64,000 nt of DNA, from NCBI RefSeq assembly GCF_009834535.1, contig NC_045697.1, positions 11,720,001 to 11,784,000 on the forward strand, given 5' to 3'. Of this stretch, positions 37,696 through 50,922 are shown piece after piece. This DNA is from Camelus ferus (taxonomy: Eukaryota). Position numbers and translations under genes: made by a program. The notes below the pieces were generated by a model, which ran no database searches, was not told where the DNA came from, and worked only from the letters and a program-made list of their open reading frames with translations. Positions within the stretch are counted from its first letter, which is position 1, and each line of letters begins with the position of its first letter.

Positions 37696-40544
37696 GATAA
37701 CTAACCCCCTTGAGAAAAGCTCAATTCACAAATTTGGCAAACTTGTCTGAGCACCCAGTATGTGGAGTTACAGCTCTGGTGTCATTTCAGACACACAAGA
37801 GATGCGGGAAGACATGAAAAACGTAAAAGTTGTTCACATTATTTATCACCTAGAGGGGTTACTAAGATATTCATGTTTTCATCTGGAAAGAATTTGCAGC
37901 CAAATCCTGCTAGGCAAGAATGTGGGGCCTAAATGCAAACACATAGCCTGCAGTCTTCCTACAAATCTAGTCTGTCGGTTTCACTAACCCCCATCCCTCA
38001 GTCACACCCCACATACACACCAGCACTCCAAACTGTCCAGGTTTAAACATCTTTTGCAACAGAATGTTAATCTCATATGTTCCCCAGGAGGAATGGATTT
38101 TTGCACCTAGCACGCTTGCGTAATAGGATAAGCCGGCTGTAATATTCGAAATACTTAACATCTAGACCTGCCTGGGCACGGAGCAATCAGAACAGAGGCT
38201 GACAATCGAAAACTCGACACTCAAATGCAAGTCTCAGGGTGGAAGTGGGTGGAAAACTAGGGCTCCGGAGTCCAGAGAAAGCTCAGGATTGGGGATTGAG
38301 GGCACCCCAGTGGATTGACAATGAGAGGCCTGCAAGAGACTTCTAGCTGCTCCTCAACACCTCCATCACTCATTCAGCCACCAGTTGTCAGCAAGCACAG
38401 ATAATTGCATGCCTCTCCATCACTATAGTTTTGTAGGTTTCTGATCATTGCAACTTCAAGTTAATCCATTGCTTCATTAGAAGTGCTGATTTCTTAAATC
38501 AGAGCATAGCCAAGTACAGCCAAAGCCTTTGGCCCTAAGTCCCTACCTGTCTGCAAGGTTACCATGCATAAGTATTCCAAACACAGTTAAGGCCATGCAT
38601 GTTGCACAGGCTGTGTTTCAAAGAACCAGAGTCCAGTGGTCCCAAAAAAGTGCTCTAAACCAATTCAAAACTTTACTCAGACCCTTGAGGAAATAGGCTA
38701 AGAAGGCCAGTGCATTCTCCATGCACAGCAGAATATTTTAATTGTCCTTCGAGTAGAATTTTCTTTTAGTCAGTCTCCCTTCTCATGCTATCTCTCCCCC
38801 TCACCCAGCAATGGCCTCCAGAAAAATTCTCTCTCTGACGGTGACGCCTAGAAACTTTCTTCTTCAGTTCCAGCCATCCCTCTCCCTACCAAGACTGAGT
38901 CCAAGGGGCTCTTCCTTCCTTTGCCCAAAGTTTCTCAGTCATCACAGAGGCTCAGAAACCTTTCCCTCTCACCCCTCCCTCCCATCAGTCACACTGCCTC
39001 CGGCTCCCCTCACACCACAACAGCAACCACCAAGAGGGCGGAAGTCATGGCTGGAGGGTAACTTCCTCCCACTGAGAAAACAGGGGGTCCCAACTCACTC
39101 TCACACCCTATAGAAGGGAGCTTGTGAAGCCTCCATTTTTTTGCAAAAAGGGAGACTCTCTGGTGAAAGGAATGTTCCACCTGCTTGTACTTATGTCTAG
39201 TTCAGACAAACTTTCATTGTTTTCCCAGTGTTTCTCATCCCCAGTCCTTGGAGACACCTTATTTTTGAACCTGAGTCACCCTTAGGCAACCCCTGCCAGG
39301 AGGCCTTCTCACCAGGCCCAGCCATGTGGCCTTAGCTGAGTCACACGCCCTGCTGAGTTGGGAGGATCTCCTCAAGGTACCAGATTAATCCACTGCTTCT
39401 ATTTCCTTCCCTTTTCATCTGAGCTCTAGAAGAACAAAAGACCTCAGAAGATCATGCTATGTCTTGTCTGGTTCAAGGAGCCCTGACTTAAGATTTGGGA
39501 AACAGGAGCTCTGGCCATGACCCACCAATCACAAACTGGGTGAGTCTGAACCCATCAGCTCCTTTCTCTGGGGTCTCAGTTTGAAGATCTTGGACTAGAC
39601 AGAGGGTTTTTCAGCAGAAGGAAGAGTGAAGTTTAAGCAGATGGCTTTTTTCATTTTTATTTATTTATTGGGATTGATCATATGATTGACTGCACTTGGG
39701 TAAGAAGAAATCCAGTGGCTAAAAAATTTGAAAAACACTGACTTAGATGATATCTCCAAGGTCCTTCCAGCTCTAATTACCCAAAAGACTATGATTTTCT
39801 CCACTGACCTCCATTTGTAGAGGAAGTCTGCAATGAGCAATATGTTTTTTCATTTTTCAAATCAATCAGAGAACAGCAAGCATTTGCAATTGAACTTCCT
39901 TAAGCACTCTAATTGGAAGACATCTTAGGGAAAAATCATTACCCTAGATCGTGGGTTAAATAATGGATGCCATTTCCTCTCTGGCAGTGCTGACCTCCCT
40001 GCTCAACATCTCTAGGGGTGGGCATTTTTAAGTGGCCTTGGTCCTCTGGGCTTCAACAAAACCACTGGCACCACCCTGAGGACCAATGGCCTGTACTATG
40101 GCCACAAAATAATCATGGGAGAATAAAATCTTTCTCATGAGAAAAGAAAATTCTGTAGACCATCTGTAAATCAGGGGCAGGCAGTAACTAAAGGGGGAGG
40201 CTAGGGGATGAGAGGAGACATGGTGCTTACCAATTGAGGTTGAAGGTAATTTAGAGGCATGCAGCCAACCCAGTACCTCCTCCCTCCATCCCCCTACCCA
40301 CCCTGGACTTTTCTGTTCTCTGTTCCTTCTGCTGTCTTCAACTGAGCCACCTTGTCTCCCACCAGCAGCTCAGACATCAGGAAATACCAAAATTCAGGAA
40401 ATGCTTAAGGTTTTTTGTGGTAAAATTATAAAAGCAAAAATAAGTAAGTGTTCTGAAGGTCCAAAAAAAGCAATTTTAAAGATAACTTCGGCTCTCCTTT
40501 TAAATTATGTTTATAATGAAAAAGAATTTAAAAATGAAAAATCC

Positions 40545-41950
40545 ATAAAAAAAGAATAAAATAACGCCATTTGCAGCAACATGGATGGGCTTGGAGAATG
40601 TCATACTAAGTGAAGTAAGCCAGAAGAAGAAAGAAAAACACCGTATGATAACTCTTATACGTGGAACCTAAAACAATGACACAAATGAACTTATTTACAA
40701 AACAGAAACTGACTCACAGACATAGAAAACGAACTTATGGTTACCAGGAAGGAAAGACTGAACAACAGTTTCAGACTGACAACTAAGGGCAATGCATGAT
40801 TTTGAACTAGCTGGATCTATCTCTATTGGCAAAATTCAAGTGGGGTCTAAGGATTAAATGCAATACACTAATATTATTGTCCTGCCTTCCATTATTGTAT
40901 TACAGTTATGTGAGAAAATGTCCATTGCAGAAAATAAACACTAAAGGATTTGGAGGTGGTGGAGCATCAGTGGCAACTGTCTCTCAAACAGCTCAGGGAA
41001 GGGGAAGCTCTTTGTCCTGTACTTGCAACATTTCTGTAAGTGTGAGACTTCTCAATGCTGAAAACTGTTTTACAAAATAATACTGGCTAATTCACGATAT
41101 ATGTTAAATGAAAAAGTAGGACATAAAATAGTGCATACTTGAAGAGTTAAACTTTCTTAAAAAGAGATATGCACAGGAAAGTCTTGAAATGAAAGAAGTA
41201 CACCCAAAATATAGTAGTTGACTATAACTGAATTATACATGAGGTTTTTCTTTACTTTATTTTATGGTTCAAATATCTATAAGAAGCATGCATTTTTAAT
41301 AAATAATATGTCTCTTTCTTTTGCAGAATTTAGTATTTTTCGTTTGCTTTGATGTTCTGGTTTTCTGTGGTATGGCTATGAATTGTTTTATTTACACTTT
41401 TTAAAACTCTGAGGATTCCATTATACCTTAAAGCTTTCTTCAAATCTGAAAAGTTCTGCATCATTTTACCTCAAAGAGGTACCCCTTCTTCATTATATCT
41501 AGTCTAATTTTCTGACACTCTTGTTATTTTAATCATTTTAATCTATCTTTCCTTTCTAATAATTTCTCTTTCATATCTGTGTTCCATTTTGCTCATTTAC
41601 TGAGCTCTAGCTTTCACTTCACTACTCATTTCTTCAAATATCTTAGTCTACCATTTGATGAGTCTTTTTTTTTCTCATTTCAATTATTGCTTACTTATTT
41701 ATTGAATTTCTATTTGGTTCTTCCTCAAATTCACCTGTGCTTTTGCCATGATGCCCTGTTCTTACCTAATGGTTTCTATCCTTTCCTTTATCTCTTCGGA
41801 GATTATAAATGTACTTATTTGAAAGTTTTTCTTACATTGTTTTATTATCTACAGCATCTAGGGTATGACTTTTACCATTTCTTGCATCTTCTGACTCTTA
41901 CTCTGACTCAGCAGTTCACTTGTAATTTTGGGGTGTGAAGCCATCTTCAG
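40545..41950. mobile_element. L1 fragments: cetartiodactyl-type 3' piece (40545-40755, +), older L1M 3' ends (+) and antisense L1M (41320-41950)
   Basis: 'ccatttgcagcaacatggatgg...gacacaaatgaacttatttacaaaacagaaac'; L1M 3'UTR motifs; T-rich antisense tract. Confidence 0.7.
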
Positions 41951-43749
41951 CAGGAATTGGCTTCCATCGGAGGGCCCCATCCTCCCCAGGCACAGTTCCT
42001 TCCCCAAACACTAGCTTCTCCCCTGTGTACACCTGGCCATGGGGATGGCCCACTGCCTGAACCCCTGCCCTACACTAGAGCCCACCCTCCTCCTGTCATG
42101 ACTCTGAAACTGAACACCGCACAACCTCTAGGATTACCAGGACCTTTGTTCCACATATCTGAAGCTCCCAGCTGCCCTGGAGGTGCTGTAGTAGAACACA
42201 GTCTCATAGTCAACTCCCAGCTTCATCTCTCTCCCTGTCATGAGAGAGCACTTAAAACTCTTCCTTGACCTCCAAGGTGCTGAGTTTTGCTGACATGCAT
42301 GCTTGGACTTCCTTTCTTGCCTAAACCTGTTCCTTGTGGTGTGCAAGAGCTCAAACGAGGTGGGGTCCTTCCCACTCTGCCCATGCTTCTGCAGCAAACC
42401 CTCCACTCGCTCCTGCATCAGCCACAATCCTCAAGGACACAAGCACCTGGCCATAGTCATCCACCTGACCAAGGCTCTCCATCCTATATGCTGAGCCCCA
42501 GAACACCCTCATTTTCCTCATTTGGCACCAACTCACTTGAAGGCAAAGACTCCGAGTTGCAAACACAAGGGTAAGCACTTTATATACCTCATCTCAGTCA
42601 ATGTTTACAGTTCTAGAAGGTAGATTTTATTATATCACTTTACAGGTAAGGAAACTAAGACTCAGAGAGGTACAGTCACTCAGAGATGTCACATAGCCTG
42701 AAGATGTCAAAGTCAGGACTCCAGCCCAGGACAGTGCCTTTGGGTCCACCGTTCTCTTGGACCTCATGGCCTTTACCTTTTGAACGTGAGCCAGGCGCAT
42801 CTCCCTCTCTACAAATTAGGATGCGCATCTCTAGCTTTCTTTTAAGCTATTCCGCTGAACCCTCCAGGAATTGACATCTCAAATTTCTGAGTATCAGCCA
42901 CCAGGGATATGCAATCTTTATTAAGTTAGCAAATGGCCAACAGAATAAAAGCTATATTAAAGTGGTTCCTAATGGACTTTCTGTTTCTCCTAATGCAGTT
43001 TTGTGTTGTGTCCCTTCCTGAAGAAAGCCTGTGTCAGGGTAAGAGGTGACCAGACTCACTCACATTTTTCCCAGGAATCAGTACTTAATCCAATAAAATC
43101 TCAAACCTGTCAGAGAGTTTGTCTGAGGGCTGCTTCCTGGAAGAATTTTTTAAAGTTCTATTTACATTAAAGTAACTGCCACCCCAACTCTCAAGGCCAC
43201 TTTTTATTGTGACTGACCGGGAGCCGGAGATACATTCCAACAGGAAGAAATCAGAATGAATTTGAGCTGAAGCTAAGCCTTCCGCCTTTCCACTTTCCCT
43301 CAGGGAAGGAAAAAATGAAGCTGTCTTTTTACTTCCACCATTGCCAAATTTGAATATGTGCCCCGACATCTTAGCCTCATGCATATTAACAAAGAATCCT
43401 GCAAGAGGCATCTTAGATCCTCTATTCCTACCACCTTCCTGACATAAAATGAAATTCATTATATTGGGTATTATTCACTGGAAGCTAGAACCATCTCACA
43501 CATTTAAAAGAATGAAATCCCCACCATCACAAACACTTTTCTTCCTCATTCATTTTCCAAATTTCACTGCAGTTCTTACTCCTTAGACTTGAATAAAGGC
43601 AAATATAATTTCTCAACTTCACCTCCATCTTTGGGCTGGTCACATGTCCAGGACTGGTCCACATGTCATGAGAAGTCACTCATCAGTTATGCCCTTGCTA
43701 CAGGCACCTGCAGGTTCTCACTCAACACGTGTTAGGCTGGCTCCCTCTT

Positions 43750-44638
43750 TTTCTTTTTACACAATTGCTTTTACTGTAACAAAGCAACTTGTACACTTTT
43801 AATGTTTAAAACTGAGCATCATTTTTCCTTTCCAGTGAAACAAAAAGAAAAATTTTTAAATAAATAGGAACAAAATTACAATAGAGAATGTCAATTGCAA
43901 ATTAGATCCTGCAGGTTCTGCTGATTCTCCCATCAAGTGGCAGGGCTCAAGTCACCATTAGGAGAGAATTTTATTTTAAAAGCGGCATCTTAAACTGCAA
44001 CAACGTCCATTAAACACCACAATTAAATATGCCAAAGGTGAAGCCATGTGTCAAAATGCCCACTTAACCCACCCAAACAGCTCAAACCCACCCTTTGTTG
44101 ACCTTCTATAACCCCATTTTTTTCTAGATTTTTTGTCTTTTTTTAAACAAGAGAAAGTAAACAGATATATGTTGGTAAATCCTAACTGTTCATATTTATA
44201 TAGAGACACAGTGTAATCTCTGAACCTAATTAATACACAGAGAAAAGAGAGGAAAAGCTAGAATTCTATGCACCACTGCACAGGGGCCTAGCACCCTCCA
44301 GCTTCCAGCAGAGCTAAGGGAGCAGAAGGTTTTTCTTTTTTCCCACAGAGCATGGTGGTGTTGATTCCATAAAGTTTTTGTTGAGGCAGGAAGGGATAAA
44401 AATGAATTTGGAACAGTAAGAGGCAGAGATTCTTTTCCCATTAAATTCTGCTTAAGGTATTTCCCCCAAAAACAAGTTGAGAACCATGGTAAAAGGGAGA
44501 AAAGAGACCTCAAAAACAGGGCAACTGAGCACAAGAGGAGGAAAAAAATAAATAAAAAGACTGCAATTTGCTCCCAGGGACTGGAGAAAATTAAAAAAAA
44601 AAAAAAAAGATTGGAATCCATGAGTATTCCATTAGTCA
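43750..44638 (-). pseudogene. SET: 5'-truncated processed pseudogene (retrocopy) of SET nuclear proto-oncogene; stop codon plus 3'UTR only
   Basis: Minus strand reads T-GAC-TAA then 'atggattccaa...ttttctccagtccctgggagcaa', 'ctctgctggaagctggagggtgctaggcccctg', 'gggttatagaaggtca', 'aaaagtgtacaagttgctttgttaca', matching the SET 3'UTR as recalled. Poly(A) remnant at 43750-43758; 16-bp TSD at 43734-43749 / 44639-44654. Confidence 0.9.
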
Positions 44639-45013
44639 AGGCTGGCTCTCTCTTGACTTCAGCCCTTAACACTGCCACTCTTCCTGCCTAAAGCAGGACT
44701 TCCCACTTTCCTCCTTCCAGTTCTCATTAGCTAATGCCTGCTCACCCTACAAATGGCAACTCAAGCCTCACCTACTCCAGGGAGCCTTCCCAGAGCTTCC
44801 CTCCTGCTCCTGATGAGGTAAACTGTGTCCCCACAGCCCCTGAGATTCCCTCCCCAGTAGCACACAGTAGGCACACAGTGACTAGAATGGCTGCTCTGGG
44901 TTCAACAAATATAACTTCCCTTCTTTCAGATTCTCTGGTTGCAAAAGTAGCCTTGAGTAACTGAAACCATGCTCTTCAGGAGAGTTGTAAATGAGATGAA
45001 CAAGGCATGGGAA

Positions 45014-46171
45014 ACCTCTGCACAGCAAAGGAAACCATCAACAAAATGAAAAGGCAACCTACTAAATGCAAGAAATTTTTTGCAAATCACATATCTGATC
45101 AGGGGTTAATATCCACTGTATATGTTTAAAAACTCACACAATTCAATAGCAAAAAACAAACAATCTTATTTAAAAATAGACAGAGGATCTGAAGAGACAT
45201 TTGTTCAAAAAAGATATCCAAATTGCCAACAGGTACATGAAAATGTGCTCAACATCACTTATCATCAGGGAAATGCAAAACAAAACCACAATGAGCTATC
45301 ACCTTACACCTCTTAGAATGGCTATTATCAAAAAGATAAGAAATACGAGTATTGGTAGGTATATGGAGAAAAGGGAACCTCGTACACTGTTGGTGGAAAT
45401 GTAGGTTGGTACAGCCACTACGAACTACTGTATGGAGGTTTCTCCAAAACTTAAAAGTAGAACTACCATATGAGCCAGCAGTTCCACTGCTGGGTATTTA
45501 TCTGAAGGAAATGAATATTTCCTGAAGGAAATGAATAGTAACTGGAAAAGATATATGAACCCCCATGTCCATTGCAGCATTATATACAATAATCAAGACA
45601 TGGAAGCAACCTAAGTGTCCATCAATGAAAGAATGGATTTTTTTAAATGTGGTAGATAGACAGATAGTGGAATATTATTCAGGCACAAAAAAGGAAATAT
45701 TGTCATTTGTAATGATATGAATAGAATTTGAAGGCATTATACTAAGTGAAAGAAGTCTGGTAGAGAAAGACAAATACCATATAATCTCACTTATATGTGG
45801 AACCTAAAAATATTAAAAACACCAAACTCATAGATACAGAGAGATTGGTGATTGTTAGAGGTAGGGAGTATAGGGAGTAGGCAAAATGGTTGGGGGTCAA
45901 AAGATACAGACTACCAGCTATAAAATAAGTAAGTCATGGGTATGTAATATACAGCACAGTAACTACAGTTAATAATACTATATTGCATACTTGAAAGTTA
46001 AGAGAGTAAATCTTAAAAATTTTCATCACAAGAAAGAAAATTGTAACTACGTTTGATGATGGATGTTAACTAGATTTATTGTGGTGATCATTTTGCAATA
46101 TATACAAATATTGAATCACTATGTTGTACACCTGAAACTAATTTTATGTGTCTATTATATCTCAATTTTTT
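45014..46171 (+). mobile_element. L1MA9-like 5'-truncated L1 (ORF2 C-terminus + 3'UTR)
   Basis: ORF2 residues [42 protein letters not shown] aggcat(g/a)ggaa at 45003-45013 / 46175-46185. Confidence 0.92.
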
Positions 46172-46518
46172 AAGAGGCATAGGAAGGAGGTGAATCCTCC
46201 ATCCGAGTCTAAAACTACATTACTGAGCACTTGCTGGATGCCAGGGCTTGTGCTAATGATGCTTAATACACTATCTTATTAAATCTTCACACAATGATAG
46301 GAGGTAAATGTATTTATACCCTTTTTACATGAGGGAACAGAAGGTCAGCAAAGTTAAGAACCTGCCCCAAGCAGTGATGGGGCTGGGCCCAAGCCCAGGT
46401 CTCACTCCAAAAATCATACACATTCCCTGTATCTGACTGCCTCTGCATAGCCTTTAGTCCAAATGGTTCCTACTTTCTGGTCACCACAAAGATATGACTT
46501 CCCTACACACGCTACTCC

Positions 46519-47071
46519 TGTAACGTGTTTGCTATGCTATTTAAGATATTCAGTCCTGCTAGGTAAAATCAGAAACACAAGCAAGGAGAATAAATGAAAC
46601 TAAGTTTAGAAGCAAATGTGAGACACAGGCAGAATTCATTAGGTGTCTGAAGTATATATAAATAAGTTGGTTATATATGGAGACACGTTGGCACAGATGA
46701 AGTAAGCAGAGCATGTGTGTGCTGAACATGAAAAGGGATGAAAGACCAAGAGGCATCAAATATTCATGACTCGCTAAATATGCAGGAGGCACCTGAGGTT
46801 CCAAATCCTCATAATCCAGTCAATATACATGAGGTGCTCAGCATTCCTGAAGCCTTAACTCAGACACCCACTGATGACTCCCATTCTGGCCCCACGAGTC
46901 CTCTGCCAAATAAAGCCCTAGCTGCTCAGTCAGGGTAACTGGTGAGCTACAATCATGGGGCAGACGAAAATGTCCTTGCATCTCTCCAATAGAGCAAACA
47001 CACTGTGTTGGCTCCAGGCACCTTTCATTTGTCAAGCTCCCTCTTCAGCCTCACCTCTGTTCCTTGTAACA
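46519..47071. mobile_element. Solo LTR, family not recognised
   Basis: TGTAAC...GTAACA termini, 553 bp, 5-bp near-TSD actcc (46514-46518) / attcc (47072-47076). Confidence 0.6.
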
Positions 47072-48189
47072 ATTCCACCAGCAGGGAAGGCTGATGTAGC
47101 AGACAGAGATGGGACATAGGGCACCATGTAAACCAGGGTTCAAGCAATGTGGCCCTTCTCCCCTCCTTGCTCCCTGTCCTAAGCACAATCACTATCCACC
47201 TTGTTCCTCTTGCTTTGCATTACATGTTTTAAATTCCTACACTAAACCACGTGATTCAAGTATCTTCACTTGGTTGTTGAGCCTTTCTGTTAAAAGAGCT
47301 TTGTGGCAGCCTCCTTTAGAGTTAGCACTGTAGCAAGATAATTTCCCGTGGGACACCTTAGGGCCATTCTTTTGTCTCCTCAAAGGATGCCTTTGACACC
47401 TGTGGTATAAGAAAGCAAGCAATGGATTTGGAGTTAGGCTCCTGGATTTCAGCATTGCCTCAGCCACTATCCACCTCTTAAAGCTTGCATTCTCTCCAGA
47501 TCTGTCAAGTGAGAATGATAACCCTTCTCTCACAGGGTTGTTGTCAAGATTAAATGATGATAGGAATTTGTTAAAAAATACTTTGTAAAACCATGTAACC
47601 CATATGACTTTTTCTGTGACACTCAGATAAAGTGTATTTCTTATTTTATATCTCAGCGTTGATGGGAATTCTAATCCCAGTCTTTGGGTGACTGGCTTAC
47701 CCTCACTTGGACATATGAGGGTCCCAGGGCTTTAGCAGGAAACCTGGGGAGGTGCCTCAGGACCTCAGGCCCTCAGGCCCTGGTGGAGGCCCCTGGCATG
47801 CTCACTCTCTAAGCCAGCGTGGTGTGATGGGAGGTGGTCAGCTCTGCTGCTCAGAGCACTCACTCCCTCGGCACCAGACTCAAGTCTTGGACCTTTGCTG
47901 AAACTGGGTCCAGGCTGTGTACTGGGTGTCAGTCCCCTTGCACCCATGCAGTCCCTCTGCTGGAGGTCTTGTCAACTGCATCCTGTCTGGGGGACGGAGC
48001 ATAGAACTGTCACCTCTCCATCCGCCAGATCCAACTCTCCCCCACCCTCACCCAACACAGCTTCGCTACCTGGTGTTGGAGGTCAAGGTGCTGCTAACTC
48101 TCCCTTGGGACAGTAAGTCAAAGCTGCACAAAATCCTGGGTCAGGAGGAGGGTCACAGGAACATAATGGAGTATAATTGTCAACAGCAG

Positions 48190-49030
48190 GGGCAGGTCCC
48201 TGCCCTGGCTCTGTCACTGTATGACCTCAGGCAAGTTACTATTTAACTTTTCTGTGCCTCGATATCAGTCAAATGGGTTTAATAGTAAACTCATCTCATA
48301 GAATTGTTATGAGGATTAGACAGATTTTTTTAATGCTTGGAATTGGGAGGGGGAGGATGAATAGGCAGAGAACAAAAGATTTTTATGGCAGTAAAAAAAC
48401 TGATAGCATAGTGATGAATGCATGTCATTATACATTTGCCCAAACCGATAGAACGTACAACACCAAGAATGAGCCCCATTGTAAAGTACAGACTTTGGAT
48501 GATTATGATGTGTCAGTGTGGGTTCATCAGATTTAACAAAAGTACCATTTTGGTTGGGGGTGTTGATAAGGGAGGGAGAATTTAGGGGCAGGGGAGCAGG
48601 AAATATATGTGAAATCTCTGTACCTTCACTTCAATTTTGCTGTGAGCCTAAAACTGCTCTTAAAAAATAAAATCTTAATAAATGTTTTTAAATTAACAAA
48701 CTCTTGGAACAATGCCCAGCATAAAGTATGCACTCAGAGCTAGCCATTATTTTATTTATTATTATTATTATTTACCTCTCTATACTGGAAGAAAACAAGG
48801 CAGGTTATAAAACACAATTCATTTCTTTTTTAAGGTATAATTTACATACAATAAAATGCACAACCCTTAACTGCACTAGGAGAACATCAGGATCAAGGCA
48901 GACATTTCTAACTCCCCAGAAAGATCCCCCTTGTCCTTTTTCCAGACAACACGCCTCCCACCCAGATAACACTATTCTGACTTTATCGGCATAAATTAGT
49001 TTTGCCTCTTCTTGAATTTAATGCATCATT
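48190..49030. mobile_element. MIR split by an L1MC-like 3' end (48320-48690), then an antisense L1ME-like 3' end (48820-49030)
   Basis: MIR core, then 'atgaataggcagagaacaaaagatttttatggcag...gagcctaaaactgctcttaaaaaataaa'; MIR resumes at ~48700. Confidence 0.75.
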
Positions 49031-50742
49031 TCTAAGCCAGGTTATCTTGTCATGCGATAAGAGGCTTCTCAGAGGCTGAGTTCCTGCAGTCACATGTCTC
49101 CACTGGATATACTCAGAGAAGCGATGTGGGAGAATGGGGTAGGGGTGCTCAGCGTGACTTGCAGGGCCCCCGCCCTCCCATCCACACCCCCTGCTCCTGG
49201 CTTTACCCTGCCGGGTAAGAACAGGGGCAGAAGCCACAGCGGAGCTGAGCTGCTGTGGCTGAGACAGCCACCTGAACCCCGGTGTGATCAATAATTGATT
49301 CAGAGAATGATTCCAAGGGCAATGGAGCCACAGTATGTGGACCCGAATCCCGGTGTCCTGCGTCAGGCTAGGTAGCCTCAGGCAATGTGCCCCGTGCAGG
49401 CCTGCTAATAATTTTAACTCATTTCACGTGCACAGTTTGTTTCACCTCCCAAATAAATTAATTATGGAGACTTTAAAGGATTTTCAGAGGGGATCTTATT
49501 ACAAACTGCACATTCTACTCTGCCAATCAATAGTCCTTTCACTTTTACATAGCAAGTGGGAGAGTAAAAGTGATTGAAAAAAGAGAAAACCTTCCATTTC
49601 TCATTTCATCATCCCCAGCCTTGACAGGTTAATGAGTTCTCTAAAACATTTTCAAACTCTCAATCCCCACTATGTGACCTAGGGCAAATTAAATAACCCC
49701 TCTGAGCCTCACCTTTAAAACATCTTTGCTTTTCCCTCCACCTTGAATGCCCATCACCCTTGTTGTCCATATAAGAAACTCCTATTCATCCTACAAAACC
49801 CTACTGCTTTCATAATGGGCAAGAGTTTGGCCTGGTGATAAGAAGACCAAGCTTTAGAGTCAGACAATCCTGGATTCATATGCTGTTCCAGCAACTACTA
49901 GCAAGGGTGACTGTGGGCAAGGGCCTGAAACCTCAGTCTCCATTTTACAGATGAGTAAACTCACAGGTGGTTATGCAGAATAAGTGACAAAATGCATGTA
50001 AAGCCACTGACCACAGGACTGGGCACATGATACAGGCTCAATGCCTATCAGCAATTATTATGCACTTCTTTTTTCCACAACTATCTATGGAAAGTCTACT
50101 GTGTGACAGTCACTGTGTTTAGACAGAAGCCTGCCACGAGCCACTGGTCCTGTGTAAACAGCATCTCTCAACTTCCCTGCTCTGTGTTCCTTCCATTACC
50201 ATGTGTGTCACACTATATATTATATTTGGTGGGTCAGGGGACTCAGAGGGCAGGGACTGGTCTTATTTGGCTTTGCATGCACAGAGCTTAGCATGGTCTT
50301 AAGGGCTGGTACTGCCAGTCACAGCACCCAGGAGGGCCCCTGGCAGCAGACAATCCATGAACCCCTAGACTGGTGAGGGCTGAGGGCTGGAGGAGGCAGA
50401 AGCCAGATCTTAGACAACCTTGCTGCATGCTGAGAAGCAATGAGGTTATTTTGTAGCAGAGAAGTTCTCCTCAAAGATTGCAAGAAGAAAGACACACTCA
50501 GACTCATATTCTAAAACAGATGCCCTGGGAAGCCAGTGAAATGTCATCTGTAGGAGAATGTCAAGGCTAGAGAAGGACTGTAAGAACTGGCGGTGTCTGA
50601 TTCTGTTCTTTGTTGCACCCCCAATAGCTCACACATGGGAGATGCTCAGTAAATATTTACTGAAGGAAGAAGGAAGGCAACCTAAGAGCCTGGAGATCAC
50701 TTAGGAGATGGCAACATGAGTGAGAAACCATAAGAACCTGGA

Positions 50743-50922
50743 CCAGTGCTGTCCAAGAGAACTTTCTGTGACGATGGAAATGCCTTGTATCTAAGGGGTC
50801 ATGTGATGGCCAGTAGCCACATGGAGCTACTGAGCTCTTGAGATGTAACTAGTGCCACTGAGGAATGAACTGAATTTTAATTAATGTTAATTTAAATAGC
50901 CACATGAGTCTACCATAGCACA
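50743..50922 (+). mobile_element. MER3 hAT-Charlie
   Basis: 'cagtgctgtccaagagaactttctgtgacgatggaaatg...actgaattttaattaa...aaatagccacatg'. Confidence 0.88.

Noticed and set aside
44226..44678. 150-aa minus-strand ORF, the longest in the track, hydrophobic and membrane-like
   Set aside because: It is a chance frame through the T-rich SET 3'UTR retrocopy, has a non-ATG start and crosses the TSD
46738..46938. 66-aa repeat-like micro-protein
   Set aside because: Lies inside an apparent solo LTR; the periodicity is better explained by a DNA motif array
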